Shown: positions 8,139 through 17,312 of the stretch, piece after piece
Position numbering within the stretch: position 1 is the stretch's first letter
Layout of the letters: every line of letters begins with the position of its first letter
Assembly: GCF_000007185.1 (NCBI RefSeq)
Contig: NC_003551.1
Coordinates: 930,001 to 962,000 of the forward strand
Direction of reading: 5' to 3'
DNA length: 32,000 nucleotides
Origin: Methanopyrus kandleri AV19
Lineage (GTDB): Archaea > JAADCQ01 > Methanopyri > Methanopyrales > Methanopyraceae
Position numbers and translations under genes: made by a program
The notes under the pieces: model-generated
The model's database searches: none
The model's input: only the letters and a program-made list of their open reading frames with translations
Told to the model about the DNA's origin: nothing

Positions 8139-9227
8139 ACGAGGGTATACTGTACGGCCTTCGGCCTTGGATTCGGTCACGCTTCGAGGACTGTGGGGCT
8201 CGGTAGAGAGCTACGTCGGATCGGACTGGAGCCCGTGTTCAGCTCCTTCGGTGAAGGGCGCGAGATGCTCATGCGTGAGTTCCCGGACGCACCCGTGTAC
8301 GGACTCCCTAAGATAGAATTGTTCTCAGAGGACGGTTCGTTCGATCTGCTCCTACTTCTACGCCGTCACCCCGACTTACCGCTGAGGTTCTACGCGGGCG
8401 TAGAGGCCGATCGGCGCGTGATTCGGCGACACGGGTGCAAGGTCGTCGTTTCTGACTGTCAGTTCCACGCCCTCGTTGCCGCTCAGATCATAGGTGTACC
8501 GGCGATAGTAATCTCGAATATGCTCAGAGTACCCGGCGAAGGTTCCCTTGTGCGGCTGATCAACGGAATGCTTCGACGCATGTTCGAACTCGCCGACATC
8601 GTCCTCATACCCGACACCTACGACGACACCTACGACGTTCCGGAGATAGACACGGAGGTCGTATGGGTAGGACCTATCCTGAAGCGTCGACCCGACGAGT
8701 TGCCGCCCAGAGACGCGGTACGTCGGAAGTACGGGATTCCGGACGATGCGACAGTGGTTCTAGTCACGGCCGGGGGGTCCAAATACGGCCGTCGGATAGT
8801 TCGGATCGCGGTGGAAGGACTTAAGCTACTCTCCAAGTCGATCGACGTGTTCCCGGTGATCATCTCGGAAGAGCGTGTCGGCGACGGGCTCGGGCTGCAG
8901 TTACGGTACGTGGACAACCTCCTGGAACTTATCAAAGTCTCGAACGTGGTCATTACTCACGGGGGCCACACGACCCTCTCCGAGTGTGCCTGCTTACGGA
9001 CGCCCGTAGTTTCGGTACCTCTGCCCAATCATCCCGAACAGCACATGAACGCCGAGCGAGTTCTCCAACGGGGATTAGGGGTCGCCGTGCCTCCCGAAGA
9101 ACTCTCACCGAAGCGGATTGCGGAGGCCATAGAACAAGCCATCGACTGGAAGGTCCCGAAAATCAGGATGATGGATGGAAGGGGGGCCGAGCGCGCTGCG
9201 CGCATCGTCGCAGGAACGCTTGACTAG
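8139..9227 (+). CDS. MurG-like (GT28/GT1-type) glycosyltransferase; N-terminus extends upstream of the first canonical start at 8193
   Basis: C-terminal LLELIKVSNVVITHGGHTTLSECACLRTPVVSVPLPNHPEQHMNAERV. The upstream frame encodes (T)RVYCTAFGLGFGHASRTVGLGRELRRIGLEPVF, matching the N-terminal Gly-rich loop of this fold. Confidence 0.8.
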   Translation, partial: TRVYCTAFGLGFGHASRTVGLGRELRRIGLEPVFSSFGEGREMLMREFPDAPVYGLPKIELFSEDGSFDLLLLLRRHPDLPLRFYAGVEADRRVIRRHGCKVVVSDCQFHALVAAQIIGVPAIVISNMLRVPGEGSLVRLINGMLRRMFELADIVLIPDTYDDTYDVPEIDTEVVWVGPILKRRPDELPPRDAVRRKYGIPDDATVVLVTAGGSKYGRRIVRIAVEGLKLLSKSIDVFPVIISEERVGDGLGLQLRYVDNLLELIKVSNVVITHGGHTTLSECACLRTPVVSVPLPNHPEQHMNAERVLQRGLGVAVPPEELSPKRIAEAIEQAIDWKVPKIRMMDGRGAERAARIVAGTLD

Positions 9228-9801
9228 CAAGGAGTTGGGTCGCCAGCTTATCCACGCTACGTTCGGTCTCCTGTTCCTCCTCCCTCTTCACATGCTCGGA
9301 GTGTACGAGTTCGCCTTACTACTACTCTCAGGTCTCATCGCTGGTGTATCCGTATCTTTCGCGTTAAGGCGCGGCCTTCACGTTCCCATAGCGAAAGAAC
9401 TCGTAGACGCCTTCGAACGGCCCGACGAGATGCACATACCCGGTCAAGGAACGCTCCACTTTGTGACGGGTCTCCTCCTGGCGACCATCATCTGCCCCTA
9501 CACGAAGGTCCTCGACGTTACGATCATCGTCTTATCCGTCGGAGACAGTGCCTCCACGATCGCGGGTAAAGCCATCGGGCGTATCCCTATACCCTACAGC
9601 TCCAGGAAGACCGTGGAGGGCAGCCTCGTGGGCTTCACCGCCGCCGCCCTAGCCTCACTGGCTTGGACTGGGGATGTGGTGGTTTCGGCTCTAGCGGCGG
9701 GGGTCGGAATGCTCGTCGAAAGCTTGCCCACGCCAAACGACAACGTGACGATACCGGTGGCCGTCTCTGTGGCGCTAGGCTTCTGGTGGGGACTACTGTA
9801 G
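9220..9801 (+). CDS. SEC59/VTE5-like polyprenol (dolichol) kinase or CTP-transferase-like membrane protein
   Basis: RQLIHATFGLLFLLP, VLSVGDSASTIAGKAIGR, SSRKTVEGSLVGF. TTG start at 9220 overlaps the preceding stop. Confidence 0.72.
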   Translation: MTSKELGRQLIHATFGLLFLLPLHMLGVYEFALLLLSGLIAGVSVSFALRRGLHVPIAKELVDAFERPDEMHIPGQGTLHFVTGLLLATIICPYTKVLDVTIIVLSVGDSASTIAGKAIGRIPIPYSSRKTVEGSLVGFTAAALASLAWTGDVVVSALAAGVGMLVESLPTPNDNVTIPVAVSVALGFWWGLL

Positions 9802-9802
9802 A

Positions 9803-10735
9803 TTGCGCTGGAACCTGACGGTAGGGGTCACCGCCCTGGCCCTTATTCTCCTCGTCACCGCGCTGGCACCGTCCTACATTCCGGCCGCGTGCCTACTGCT
9901 GGAAGGTGGAAGCCGCCCTAAACTCGTAGCTTTCCTAGGGCTTCTCACGGCGTTTTCACTGGGGTCTGCAGTCGTAAGAAAGCGTCCCGATCCTCTCATC
10001 ACGAGCCTCCTCCTCTTAGTGCTTCCCTTCACCTCGAACCTGCTCCATTGCGTCGCCGCTAAGTCGATCGGTGTGCCGCCAGGCTCGGAGTTTTTCGTGT
10101 TCAACGGCCGAGTACTCGAAGGTGACTCGCCTCTCCATACCCACATAGGCAAAGCGGCACTTACCTGGGCGCTCGAACGTGTCTGCAGGATCTCCCTGTA
10201 CATCCACTGTGGCATGTCACTGGTGGAGACGTACCCTACCTACGTCCTCGCCGCTGAATTCGTGGTAGTATCTCTCTCGGTCCTGTTAGGTGTGTTCAAC
10301 ACCAGGGACCCTTTGTCTTGCCTAGCTTCCTCTCTGTTAGTCTTGAGTTCTATCGACGGTGGAGCGTTTTCTCTTCCGTACGTCCATGGTAGCTGGCTGT
10401 TGGCGTTGAGATACGTACGTGAACCCGAATTGATGATCATACTTCTATGGTTCGCAGCACTGTCCCCGTACTGCAAACTGGTCTTGGGAACGCTCCTAAC
10501 CCACGCATATTACGGGGAGCGGTGGGATTCGGTTCGCCTCCAGGTACTCGCGGGCCCGCTCGACGGGCCGTTGAAGTCGCTCGGAGGGGTCCGATGCGAC
10601 GGGTACTACGTACTCCCGGTGAGGAGTTGCGCGGAGTGGAAGGAGTTCCTCCGAAACCTCGAGGATTCACTTCGACGGTCGAAGGTCCGATGGGTCGCCT
10701 TCTGTACGTTTCCTAACATGGCTATGTACCTTTGA
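9803..10735 (+). CDS. Multi-pass membrane protein of unknown function
   Basis: Long hydrophobic segments; two nucleotides after the previous stop, so probably co-transcribed. Confidence 0.6.
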   Translation: MRWNLTVGVTALALILLVTALAPSYIPAACLLLEGGSRPKLVAFLGLLTAFSLGSAVVRKRPDPLITSLLLLVLPFTSNLLHCVAAKSIGVPPGSEFFVFNGRVLEGDSPLHTHIGKAALTWALERVCRISLYIHCGMSLVETYPTYVLAAEFVVVSLSVLLGVFNTRDPLSCLASSLLVLSSIDGGAFSLPYVHGSWLLALRYVREPELMIILLWFAALSPYCKLVLGTLLTHAYYGERWDSVRLQVLAGPLDGPLKSLGGVRCDGYYVLPVRSCAEWKEFLRNLEDSLRRSKVRWVAFCTFPNMAMYL

Positions 10736-11180
10736 CTAGTCTATCCCGTAGTATCTCTTCCAGAATCGACTGGGTGTTCAACCGTAGAGCTTTCCGTAGG
10801 GCCGACGAAGCCTCCTGAACGTAACTTTCGAGGAGTTTCTCGTACCTCTCCTCTAGGTCCTTCACCTTGCTCTCGAGCTCTTCGGTTTCAGAGCTTAACT
10901 TCGAGCGTGCCTCTTTCAACTCACTGCGTAGCTGTTCGATCTCGTCACGCAGTTCTCGGAGCTCTTTCCTGACGCCCTTCTCGCGGTCGAGCGTCTTCAG
11001 TACGAGTTCAACGTCGAAATCCGCCTGAACTAGTCTGGTGAGCACGCGGTCGTACTCAGCCTCTGAAAGCTCTTCCCTTAACCGCTCGGTCAGATCCTCG
11101 AGGAACCTCTCAAGGCGCCGTGCGATCTTCGGATCTAGGTCCCGAAGGACCTCGCCCAAAGGCGCTGTGTACGCCTTCAA
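10722..11180 (-). CDS. Coiled-coil protein of unknown function
   Basis: KELRELRDEIEQLRSELKEARSKLSSETEELESKVKDLEERYEKLLESY; TTG start overlaps the upstream gene's stop as TTGA. Confidence 0.65.
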   Translation of the reverse strand: MKAYTAPLGEVLRDLDPKIARRLERFLEDLTERLREELSEAEYDRVLTRLVQADFDVELVLKTLDREKGVRKELRELRDEIEQLRSELKEARSKLSSETEELESKVKDLEERYEKLLESYVQEASSALRKALRLNTQSILEEILRDRLVKGT

Positions 11181-12388
11181 CTCCCGTCCCCTTCGAGTTC
11201 GTCAATGCGGACCGGCAACGTAGCGTCGGGGGGAATCTTGCGGATGTACCTCCGCCTGACCTCCGGATCCTGCATCCTGCAGTGGGGTCTCCACTTGCCC
11301 CACTCCGGATGTGAAGTCATTCGCTTCCACGCCGCTTTTAGTCCATCCTCGCGGATATTTCCGAAGGAGATCGGGGTGAAGTCGCACGGTGTGACCTCGC
11401 CGTCGTTAGTCACGTGGCACTGCACGTACCCGGCGAAGCACCCGGCTCCGTGCTCGCTGTTCACGTAAGACATCGCGGAGACCCGTGGTCCACTACTCTT
11501 CTCGCGGTTCCACCTGAGATGGAGGTCAATGAGATCTTCTCGGTGCTCGTCCGATAGTATCACACTCTCCTCGTGAAGCAGCCGGCCGGTCGGTACGGCG
11601 TCGAAGATCGTAACCTCGTGCGCTCCCAGGTCGGCGGCGAGACGGACCACGTCCTCCACCTTGCCAGTCTCCACGGTTTCCGGTGTAGCATAAGTCGAAA
11701 CTCCGACTAGCAGTCCCGCATCGAGGGCGGCTTTGATGCCGCTTATGCACCGCTCGAAGAGTCCGGGGACGCCTCTCAGTTCGTCGTGCTCCTCGGGGTC
11801 CGGACTGTCGATACTGACGTGTATTGCGTACAATCCGGCTTCTTTCAGCTCCTTCACTCGGTCTTTCAGGGTGTACCCCGATGTGAACGCCGTGGCAATA
11901 GCTCGGTCGTCGTCCACGGCTTGAATGAGTTCGGGTAAATCCTCTCTGAAGAGCGGGTCTCCCCCGGTGAAAGTCACGTTGTATGTGCCGAGGTCGAGCG
12001 CTTCCCGAATCGCCCGATGCCAGTCCTCCGTCGAGAGTTCCGTCGGTCTCCGTCTGTCGGCGCTGCAGTGCACGCAGTTGCATGGACACCTCTGGGTTAC
12101 GGCCATGGTGACGGCTTCTGGAACGCGGCGGCCCAGGACCTCGGACTTCAACCTCGCCCGGAGGAGACGCGTGAACGCCCGGCTGGGGAACGGTGGTAAG
12201 TACAGTGAGAACACGATCCTGTCCTCGCGGACGGCCGCCGGCTTCTCCTCCTCTAGGTGTTCGAACAACCTCTTGAGTGGTCTCAGGAGTGAAGCGAGCT
12301 TACCTTCCATCTCGAAGCTAACACGGCCCTGTTTCACCCTGGCTTTGACCCGAATCCCCGGCTTCTCGAGCACCGTAATAGCGGTCAA
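11177..12388 (-). CDS. Radical SAM protein with SPASM-like C-terminus
   Basis: CPCNCVHCSADRRRP (CxxxCxxC), TFTGGDPLFREDL, CFAGYVQCHVTNDGEVTPCDFTP. Confidence 0.85.
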   Translation of the reverse strand: MTAITVLEKPGIRVKARVKQGRVSFEMEGKLASLLRPLKRLFEHLEEEKPAAVREDRIVFSLYLPPFPSRAFTRLLRARLKSEVLGRRVPEAVTMAVTQRCPCNCVHCSADRRRPTELSTEDWHRAIREALDLGTYNVTFTGGDPLFREDLPELIQAVDDDRAIATAFTSGYTLKDRVKELKEAGLYAIHVSIDSPDPEEHDELRGVPGLFERCISGIKAALDAGLLVGVSTYATPETVETGKVEDVVRLAADLGAHEVTIFDAVPTGRLLHEESVILSDEHREDLIDLHLRWNREKSSGPRVSAMSYVNSEHGAGCFAGYVQCHVTNDGEVTPCDFTPISFGNIREDGLKAAWKRMTSHPEWGKWRPHCRMQDPEVRRRYIRKIPPDATLPVRIDELEGDGS

Positions 12389-12394
12389 AGGCTG

Positions 12395-13459
12395 TTACGT
12401 CCCCAACACGTGATAAGGTGCTCTTAAGTTGAGTACGAGGAGGATCAGTGCGACTATGGAGACCGTGGTTGAAAGACGGGAGGCTAAAGATGGGTCCAAC
12501 ACCTCCCGAAGCACCTCATGGACTATCCGTCCACCGTCTAATGGTTTGATGGGGAGCAAGTTAGCGACACCGATGCCCAGTGATAACATCCCCAACATGT
12601 TCAGGAACATCACGAGCGCCACCATCACCTCGGAGACGAGGTACCCCCCGAAGTTCGGTATGACGTAAACGCCAAGCACCGGCCGACCTCGGTGCTCGTG
12701 TACCTTCACCAACTTGGTCCCCGAATCCGTGGCCACCTGGACTACGTCGCCGGGCTTGTGGTTCGCCAGTGCCCGTCGGAGATCGACGATGGTTTTAACC
12801 GGTTGTCCGTCGACCTCCCTGATCACCTCTCCCGTATGCAGTGGTACGTCTTTGAACATTTTACCGTGGACCATTACACCCGACGTCACGTATCCCGGTA
12901 TCGCGCTTAAGCCGAGTACGGCCCCCATAGCGATGAACGACGTAAGCACGTTGAACGCCGGTCCGGCACTGAGAACCTCTATTCGCCGCCTCAGTGGGGC
13001 GCGTCGGAACTCTTCCTCTTCGAGTTCTACGAAGGCGCCCGGGAGGACGACCACCAGGAAGAACCCTATTCTCTTGATTCGGATCCCTGAGAGTCGTGCG
13101 GCTACCGCGTGGCCGAGCTCGTGGACCGTCAGGATGACCGCCAACGATGCCAGGCCCGAGATGAGCGGTAAGGTGATCCCCGGGAGGAGTACGGTGAACC
13201 CACCAGAACCTTCCGAGGCCCCCTTCACGAGCGTATATATTGCGAACGCTAAGCCCGCGAAACCCAGGATCGGGGACGCACGTACCGAAACTTTCAGGAC
13301 AGGGCCCAAGAGCGTATGCTCAAGCCAACGGTCCATGAAGCCGACGCTCCGAGTCGCACGGTAGAGGATACCGTAGCGGAACTTCATCCCCGCGGCCCGT
13401 CCCAGGGCCATCGCGGCCAGGATGATCGTGAGTGCGATCGCGACCGTTTCAGCTTCCAA
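12395..13459 (-). CDS. Site-2-protease-like M50 membrane metalloprotease with internal PDZ-like domain
   Basis: HELGHAVAARLSG, NVFTS, EVIREVDGQPVKTIVDL, NLLPIKPLDGGRI. TTG at 13459 is a plausible start; the track ORF extends to 13513. Confidence 0.85.
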   Translation of the reverse strand: MEAETVAIALTIILAAMALGRAAGMKFRYGILYRATRSVGFMDRWLEHTLLGPVLKVSVRASPILGFAGLAFAIYTLVKGASEGSGGFTVLLPGITLPLISGLASLAVILTVHELGHAVAARLSGIRIKRIGFFLVVVLPGAFVELEEEEFRRAPLRRRIEVLSAGPAFNVLTSFIAMGAVLGLSAIPGYVTSGVMVHGKMFKDVPLHTGEVIREVDGQPVKTIVDLRRALANHKPGDVVQVATDSGTKLVKVHEHRGRPVLGVYVIPNFGGYLVSEVMVALVMFLNMLGMLSLGIGVANLLPIKPLDGGRIVHEVLREVLDPSLASRLSTTVSIVALILLVLNLRAPYHVLGT

Positions 13460-13477
13460 TGGAATCCCCCGGTGTGA

Positions 13478-14167
13478 GTGGACTTGAGGGAGGTAAGGTA
13501 CACGGAGGAGCATTGGGAGCTGCTACGCACGCTCAGGGATCGAGCCAGAAAGGTCGTGGAAACTCTATCACAGTTTGGGTTAGAGGGTTGGGTGCACGGA
13601 AGTGTCGCCCGAGGCGACGTGAGACCGGGTAGCGACGTGGACGTGTTCATACCGACTCCCGTCTCACCTCACGTAGTCGACGCGTTCATGGACGCGGCAC
13701 CGTTCGAGGTAGTTGGCGTTACCGCGGTACTACCCACACCTCGGGACTGCGTCCGTATCAAGGTCGCGATGGAGGAAGACGTTGAAGTGACGTTCCCCAT
13801 TACGCCGCCGACGGACCGTGAACTCGAGTTTTTCGACTTTTCGGGAAAGCTCACCCCCGACTCGCTGGAGCGGGACGAACGGGTTCCAGGCGTGGACAAG
13901 CGACTGAGGATGATCGAGCCCAAACCCTGGGGCCATGTGGAGTACTCGATCCTAGGCCGCGAGGGAGAGGTGGCTACGAAGCTCGGGGTGAGCACACAGC
14001 TGATTCACGAGAGGGTTCGCGCCTTGACGCGCAGGGATAAAGTAGGGGTACAGGGTGTGCACGCGAAGGTCGAAGGTCGGCCGGGAGAGCCGGTCATCGA
14101 ACTCCTTCGGGAGCTCGGAAGGCGTAACCCGAAGGCGGCCGAGAAGCTGTCCGAGCTCGGGGTGTAA
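13478..14167 (+). CDS. Nucleotidyltransferase-domain protein
   Basis: VHGSVARGDVRPGSDVDVFI (GSxxxGxxxxxSDxD) and a following acidic VEVTFP segment. Confidence 0.8.
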   Translation: MDLREVRYTEEHWELLRTLRDRARKVVETLSQFGLEGWVHGSVARGDVRPGSDVDVFIPTPVSPHVVDAFMDAAPFEVVGVTAVLPTPRDCVRIKVAMEEDVEVTFPITPPTDRELEFFDFSGKLTPDSLERDERVPGVDKRLRMIEPKPWGHVEYSILGREGEVATKLGVSTQLIHERVRALTRRDKVGVQGVHAKVEGRPGEPVIELLRELGRRNPKAAEKLSELGV

Positions 14168-14170
14168 GCC

Positions 14171-14794
14171 TTGACGAAGCCCGTCGAGCCGGACGATCCC
14201 AGGATACGACTGCTTCTGGCGTACGTGAACCGAGTGAAGGACCGAGCCGCTTCCGGCGGTTACAGCGGTGTCAATCGACGACAGCTCACGGAGGTTCTGC
14301 AGTCCATAGAGTCGACGCTCCAGGAGCTCAGGTACTCGTATTTGCCGCCGGAAAACGTCTCGGAAAGACTGAAGGACTTACTGCCAGACCTGGAGGACGT
14401 CGTCGATCCGGAGGAACCCGAGCTCAGGTGGCTCGTTGAGTACTTGGAACACGCCGACGAAGTCTTCGAGCGCGAGATAGGGGACGAGGCCGACGCCGTA
14501 CTGTGCGTGGTCGGCGAAGTCGGAAGCGTCCGAGAGCATCCGAACGCGGACAACCTCTACATCACGGTGGTAAACACGGGCCGGTTCGGCAAGCGTACCG
14601 TCGTTACGAACCTCACCGACGTGGAGGAGGGCGACTCGATGGCCGTCGCTCTACTCCCGCCTAGGGAGTTCTCCGGAGTCGTCAGTGAGGGGATGTTCTG
14701 CGGGGAAGCCGACGGAGAGCCGGGGGAAATCATAGAACCACCCGAGCGCGGTGAGGTACGGAGTATCGTACTGGAATGGATAGAAGGGGTGTAA
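14171..14794 (+). CDS. tRNA-binding-domain (OB-fold, PheT/EMAP-type) protein with helical N-terminus
   Basis: VGEVGSVREHPNADNLYITVVNTGRFGKRTVVTNL...LLPPREFSGVVSEGMFCG. Confidence 0.72.
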   Translation: MTKPVEPDDPRIRLLLAYVNRVKDRAASGGYSGVNRRQLTEVLQSIESTLQELRYSYLPPENVSERLKDLLPDLEDVVDPEEPELRWLVEYLEHADEVFEREIGDEADAVLCVVGEVGSVREHPNADNLYITVVNTGRFGKRTVVTNLTDVEEGDSMAVALLPPREFSGVVSEGMFCGEADGEPGEIIEPPERGEVRSIVLEWIEGV

Positions 14795-14799
14795 GGACT

Positions 14800-15213
14800 A
14801 TGGTTAGCGCTGACGATCTCACGTACCGCGAGAAGCTGGTACTACTGGCGCTATACGAGGAGTTCGACGGCGGTCCCGCCGGAGTGAAGAAGCTGGCGCC
14901 GGTCGTACACATGGACAAGACGAAGGTCTCGAGGGCCCTGAACGCGCTCGAAGAGAAGGGACTCGTGGAGTTCGAGCACATGGAGGGACGTCGCCTCACC
15001 GACGAGGGCGAGAAGATCGCCGAGGAGATCGCGGAGGAGATGGAACTACCGGAGGACGAAGGTCCTTACCAGTGCTCCGACTGCGGCAGGAAATACAAGC
15101 ACCTACGACTCAAGTGCGCAGTATGTGGCGGCGAGATCGAAGTGAACAAGGACCATCCGGACGCGGCTAAAGCCGAGTGGAACCTGGAGCGTGCGAGGAT
15201 GGGCTACCTGTAG
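14800..15213 (+). CDS. MarR-like winged-helix regulator with C-terminal zinc ribbon
   Basis: LTYREKLVLLALYEEFDG...KTKVSRALNALEEKGLVEFE, then YQCSDCGRKYKHLRLKCAVCGGEI. ATG 14800. Confidence 0.7.
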   Translation: MVSADDLTYREKLVLLALYEEFDGGPAGVKKLAPVVHMDKTKVSRALNALEEKGLVEFEHMEGRRLTDEGEKIAEEIAEEMELPEDEGPYQCSDCGRKYKHLRLKCAVCGGEIEVNKDHPDAAKAEWNLERARMGYL

Positions 15214-15579
15214 AGCCCTTGCGATGAAACGTCAAAACCCGCCTGTTCTTTTCCCATGACACGTGTACTTCTCCGGAGTCAGTGAATTGAACGACAACAA
15301 TTTCCCGTTTCTTCACGTCACCCCGAGCGTTCACCGTAGTGACTTCGGCGCGGATGTAAGTCACGTTACCCGCCTCGTCCTCGAACAACGGTCGGATTCC
15401 CACGATAAGTTCCCCTCCTCCCTCGCCAAGACGGAGTTGGCGTAGTACACTAGGGGTCGATACTGCTCCCACTTCTTGTCGTAAACCGTGATCTCTTCAG
15501 GCCCCACGCCTATCACCTGGAGAATCCTCGTCAGCACGAGACCGGCCCCCGAGGTTACCGGCGGAAAAGGCGTCGCCAC
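15167..15579 (-). CDS. Small protein of unknown function, apparently split by a frame change near 15412-15430
   Basis: Frame A (from GTG 15579): ...ILQVIGVGPEEITVYDKKWEQYRPLVYYANSVLAREEG. Frame B (to 15167): ELIVGIRPLFEDEAGNVTYIRAEVTTVNARGDVKKREIVVVQF... A net -1 shift joins them in a GGGAGGAGGGG tract. Confidence 0.5.
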
Positions 15580-15633
15580 ACCGCTCCGTTATTTATCGAC
15601 CTCGAGCGGGCAAGCCCACCGGGGAGCTGCTGC

Positions 15634-17301
15634 TTGACCAAGGAACACTGGTCGGAGGTGAAGGCGCGGGAAGTTACCGAGCACTGTCGGAAGCACGCTG
15701 ACGAACTCCCCGACGAGATAGTCGTGGCCAGCGGGGCTTCGACGTCCGGGCGCCTCCATGTGGGAAACGCCCGAGACGTTCTCACTGCAGACGCCGTGGC
15801 CCGAGTCCTGCGAGAGCGCTACCATGAAGATGTTAGGGTCGTGTGGATCTCCGACGATGTGGATCCCTTACGTCGCATCCCACGTGACCTCGACGGTAGA
15901 CTCTCGGAGGATTACCTCGGTGTACCGTACAAGGCGATCCCAGTAGGCGACGAGCCCTATTCTGACCGCTGGGCTCGTAACTTCGTGGAGGAGCTCCGGG
16001 AGTTCGGTGCGGAGGTTGAGTGGATCTCGTCGGCCGAACTGTACACGGACAACGGCTTCGTAAAGCTGGTCCGAGAGGTCGTGAACGATTACTACGGCGG
16101 CGGTGGGAGGCTCGCGAGCGTCCTCGAACGTTTCGGACTGGAGGATGCGCGGGTCTACATGCCGGTCTGCGAGGAGTGCGGCCGCATCGCTACTACTCGG
16201 GTGGTCGACGTAGACGGTTGGCGTATCGAGTACGTCTGCGAAGGACGGCATGAGATAGGGGACGCCGTCCTGGAAGGATGTGGGCACCGTGGAGAGCTCG
16301 ACCTCAGGAAACCGATAGAGGTCAATGGGTTCGAGATACCACCGGGCAAGCTCGGGTGGAAGATCGAGTGGCCGACCCGCTGGGTCTACCTGGGTGTCGC
16401 CTGTGAACCCTTCGGCAAGGATCACTACGTGGCCGGAGGCTCGTACGAGGTGGGGTCGGCTATCGCCGAGGAGTTCTTCGGGTTCCCGGCCCCGGTACCG
16501 GTCCCCTACGAGTGGATCACGCTCGACGGCAAGGCGATGTCCTCCTCCAAGGGACACTACGTGACCCTGTCCGATTGGGGGGAAGTATGCCACCGCGAGG
16601 TGCTCCGCTACCTCGTCCTGCGCGGCAAACCGCTGAAACATCTCGACCTGGACCTACGGTTCGGTCTTCTGCAGGCGGTGGACGACTACGATGAGTTAGA
16701 GAAGCGGTACTTCGCCGGTGAAGCCGACGAGAGGGAGCGGCGCATCTACGAGCTTTCCCGAGTCGATGAGATCCCGGAGGAGTGTCCACCCCACGTACCG
16801 TTCCGGTTCTGCGCCGTCGTAGCTCAAGTAGTGGGTATCGAAGACGACGTCTCGGAGGAAGAGTTCGAGCGGGCGCTGGAGATATTCCGGAGGACCGGAC
16901 ACCTTGAAGCGGAGCCCGAGGGCTTCGGTCGGGAGTGGCTCCGGGAGAGACTCGAGAAGGCATCGCGATGGGTGGACAGGTACGCCCCGGAAGAGGCCCG
17001 GTTCAGGGTTCGAGAGGAACCGGAACCCGTGGAGTTGTCAGACAAGGAGCGGGAGTTCCTCGAGGACCTGGTCCGCCGGTTAGAATCGGAAACAACTAAA
17101 GAAGATCCGGAAACACTACAGCGGACGGTGTTCGAAGCCGCCCGTACCGCCGGGCTACGTCCCGCGGACGCCTTCAGGGTGTTTTACAACGTCGTGGTCG
17201 GGAAGGACCGAGGTCCACGTGCTGGCACCCTCATCGCGGCTGTGGGGGTGGATCGGATTTCGAGGCTGATCCGGGGCTGCCTCGAGGCTTCCGAAGACTA
17301 G
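15634..17301 (+). CDS. lysS: Lysyl-tRNA synthetase, class I
   Basis: ASGASTSGRLHVGNARD (HIGH-like HVGN), KAMSSSKGHYVTLSDWGE (KMSKS-like), zinc-binding CEECGR...CEGRHEIGDAVLEGCGHRGE. Confidence 0.92.
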   Translation: MTKEHWSEVKAREVTEHCRKHADELPDEIVVASGASTSGRLHVGNARDVLTADAVARVLRERYHEDVRVVWISDDVDPLRRIPRDLDGRLSEDYLGVPYKAIPVGDEPYSDRWARNFVEELREFGAEVEWISSAELYTDNGFVKLVREVVNDYYGGGGRLASVLERFGLEDARVYMPVCEECGRIATTRVVDVDGWRIEYVCEGRHEIGDAVLEGCGHRGELDLRKPIEVNGFEIPPGKLGWKIEWPTRWVYLGVACEPFGKDHYVAGGSYEVGSAIAEEFFGFPAPVPVPYEWITLDGKAMSSSKGHYVTLSDWGEVCHREVLRYLVLRGKPLKHLDLDLRFGLLQAVDDYDELEKRYFAGEADERERRIYELSRVDEIPEECPPHVPFRFCAVVAQVVGIEDDVSEEEFERALEIFRRTGHLEAEPEGFGREWLRERLEKASRWVDRYAPEEARFRVREEPEPVELSDKEREFLEDLVRRLESETTKEDPETLQRTVFEAARTAGLRPADAFRVFYNVVVGKDRGPRAGTLIAAVGVDRISRLIRGCLEASED

Positions 17302-17312
17302 ACACCGGAAAT

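Noticed and set aside
15868-16641. 257-aa minus-strand ORF opposite lysS
   Set aside because: Shadow ORF; lysS carries HVGN and KAMSSSKG motifs across the same DNA.
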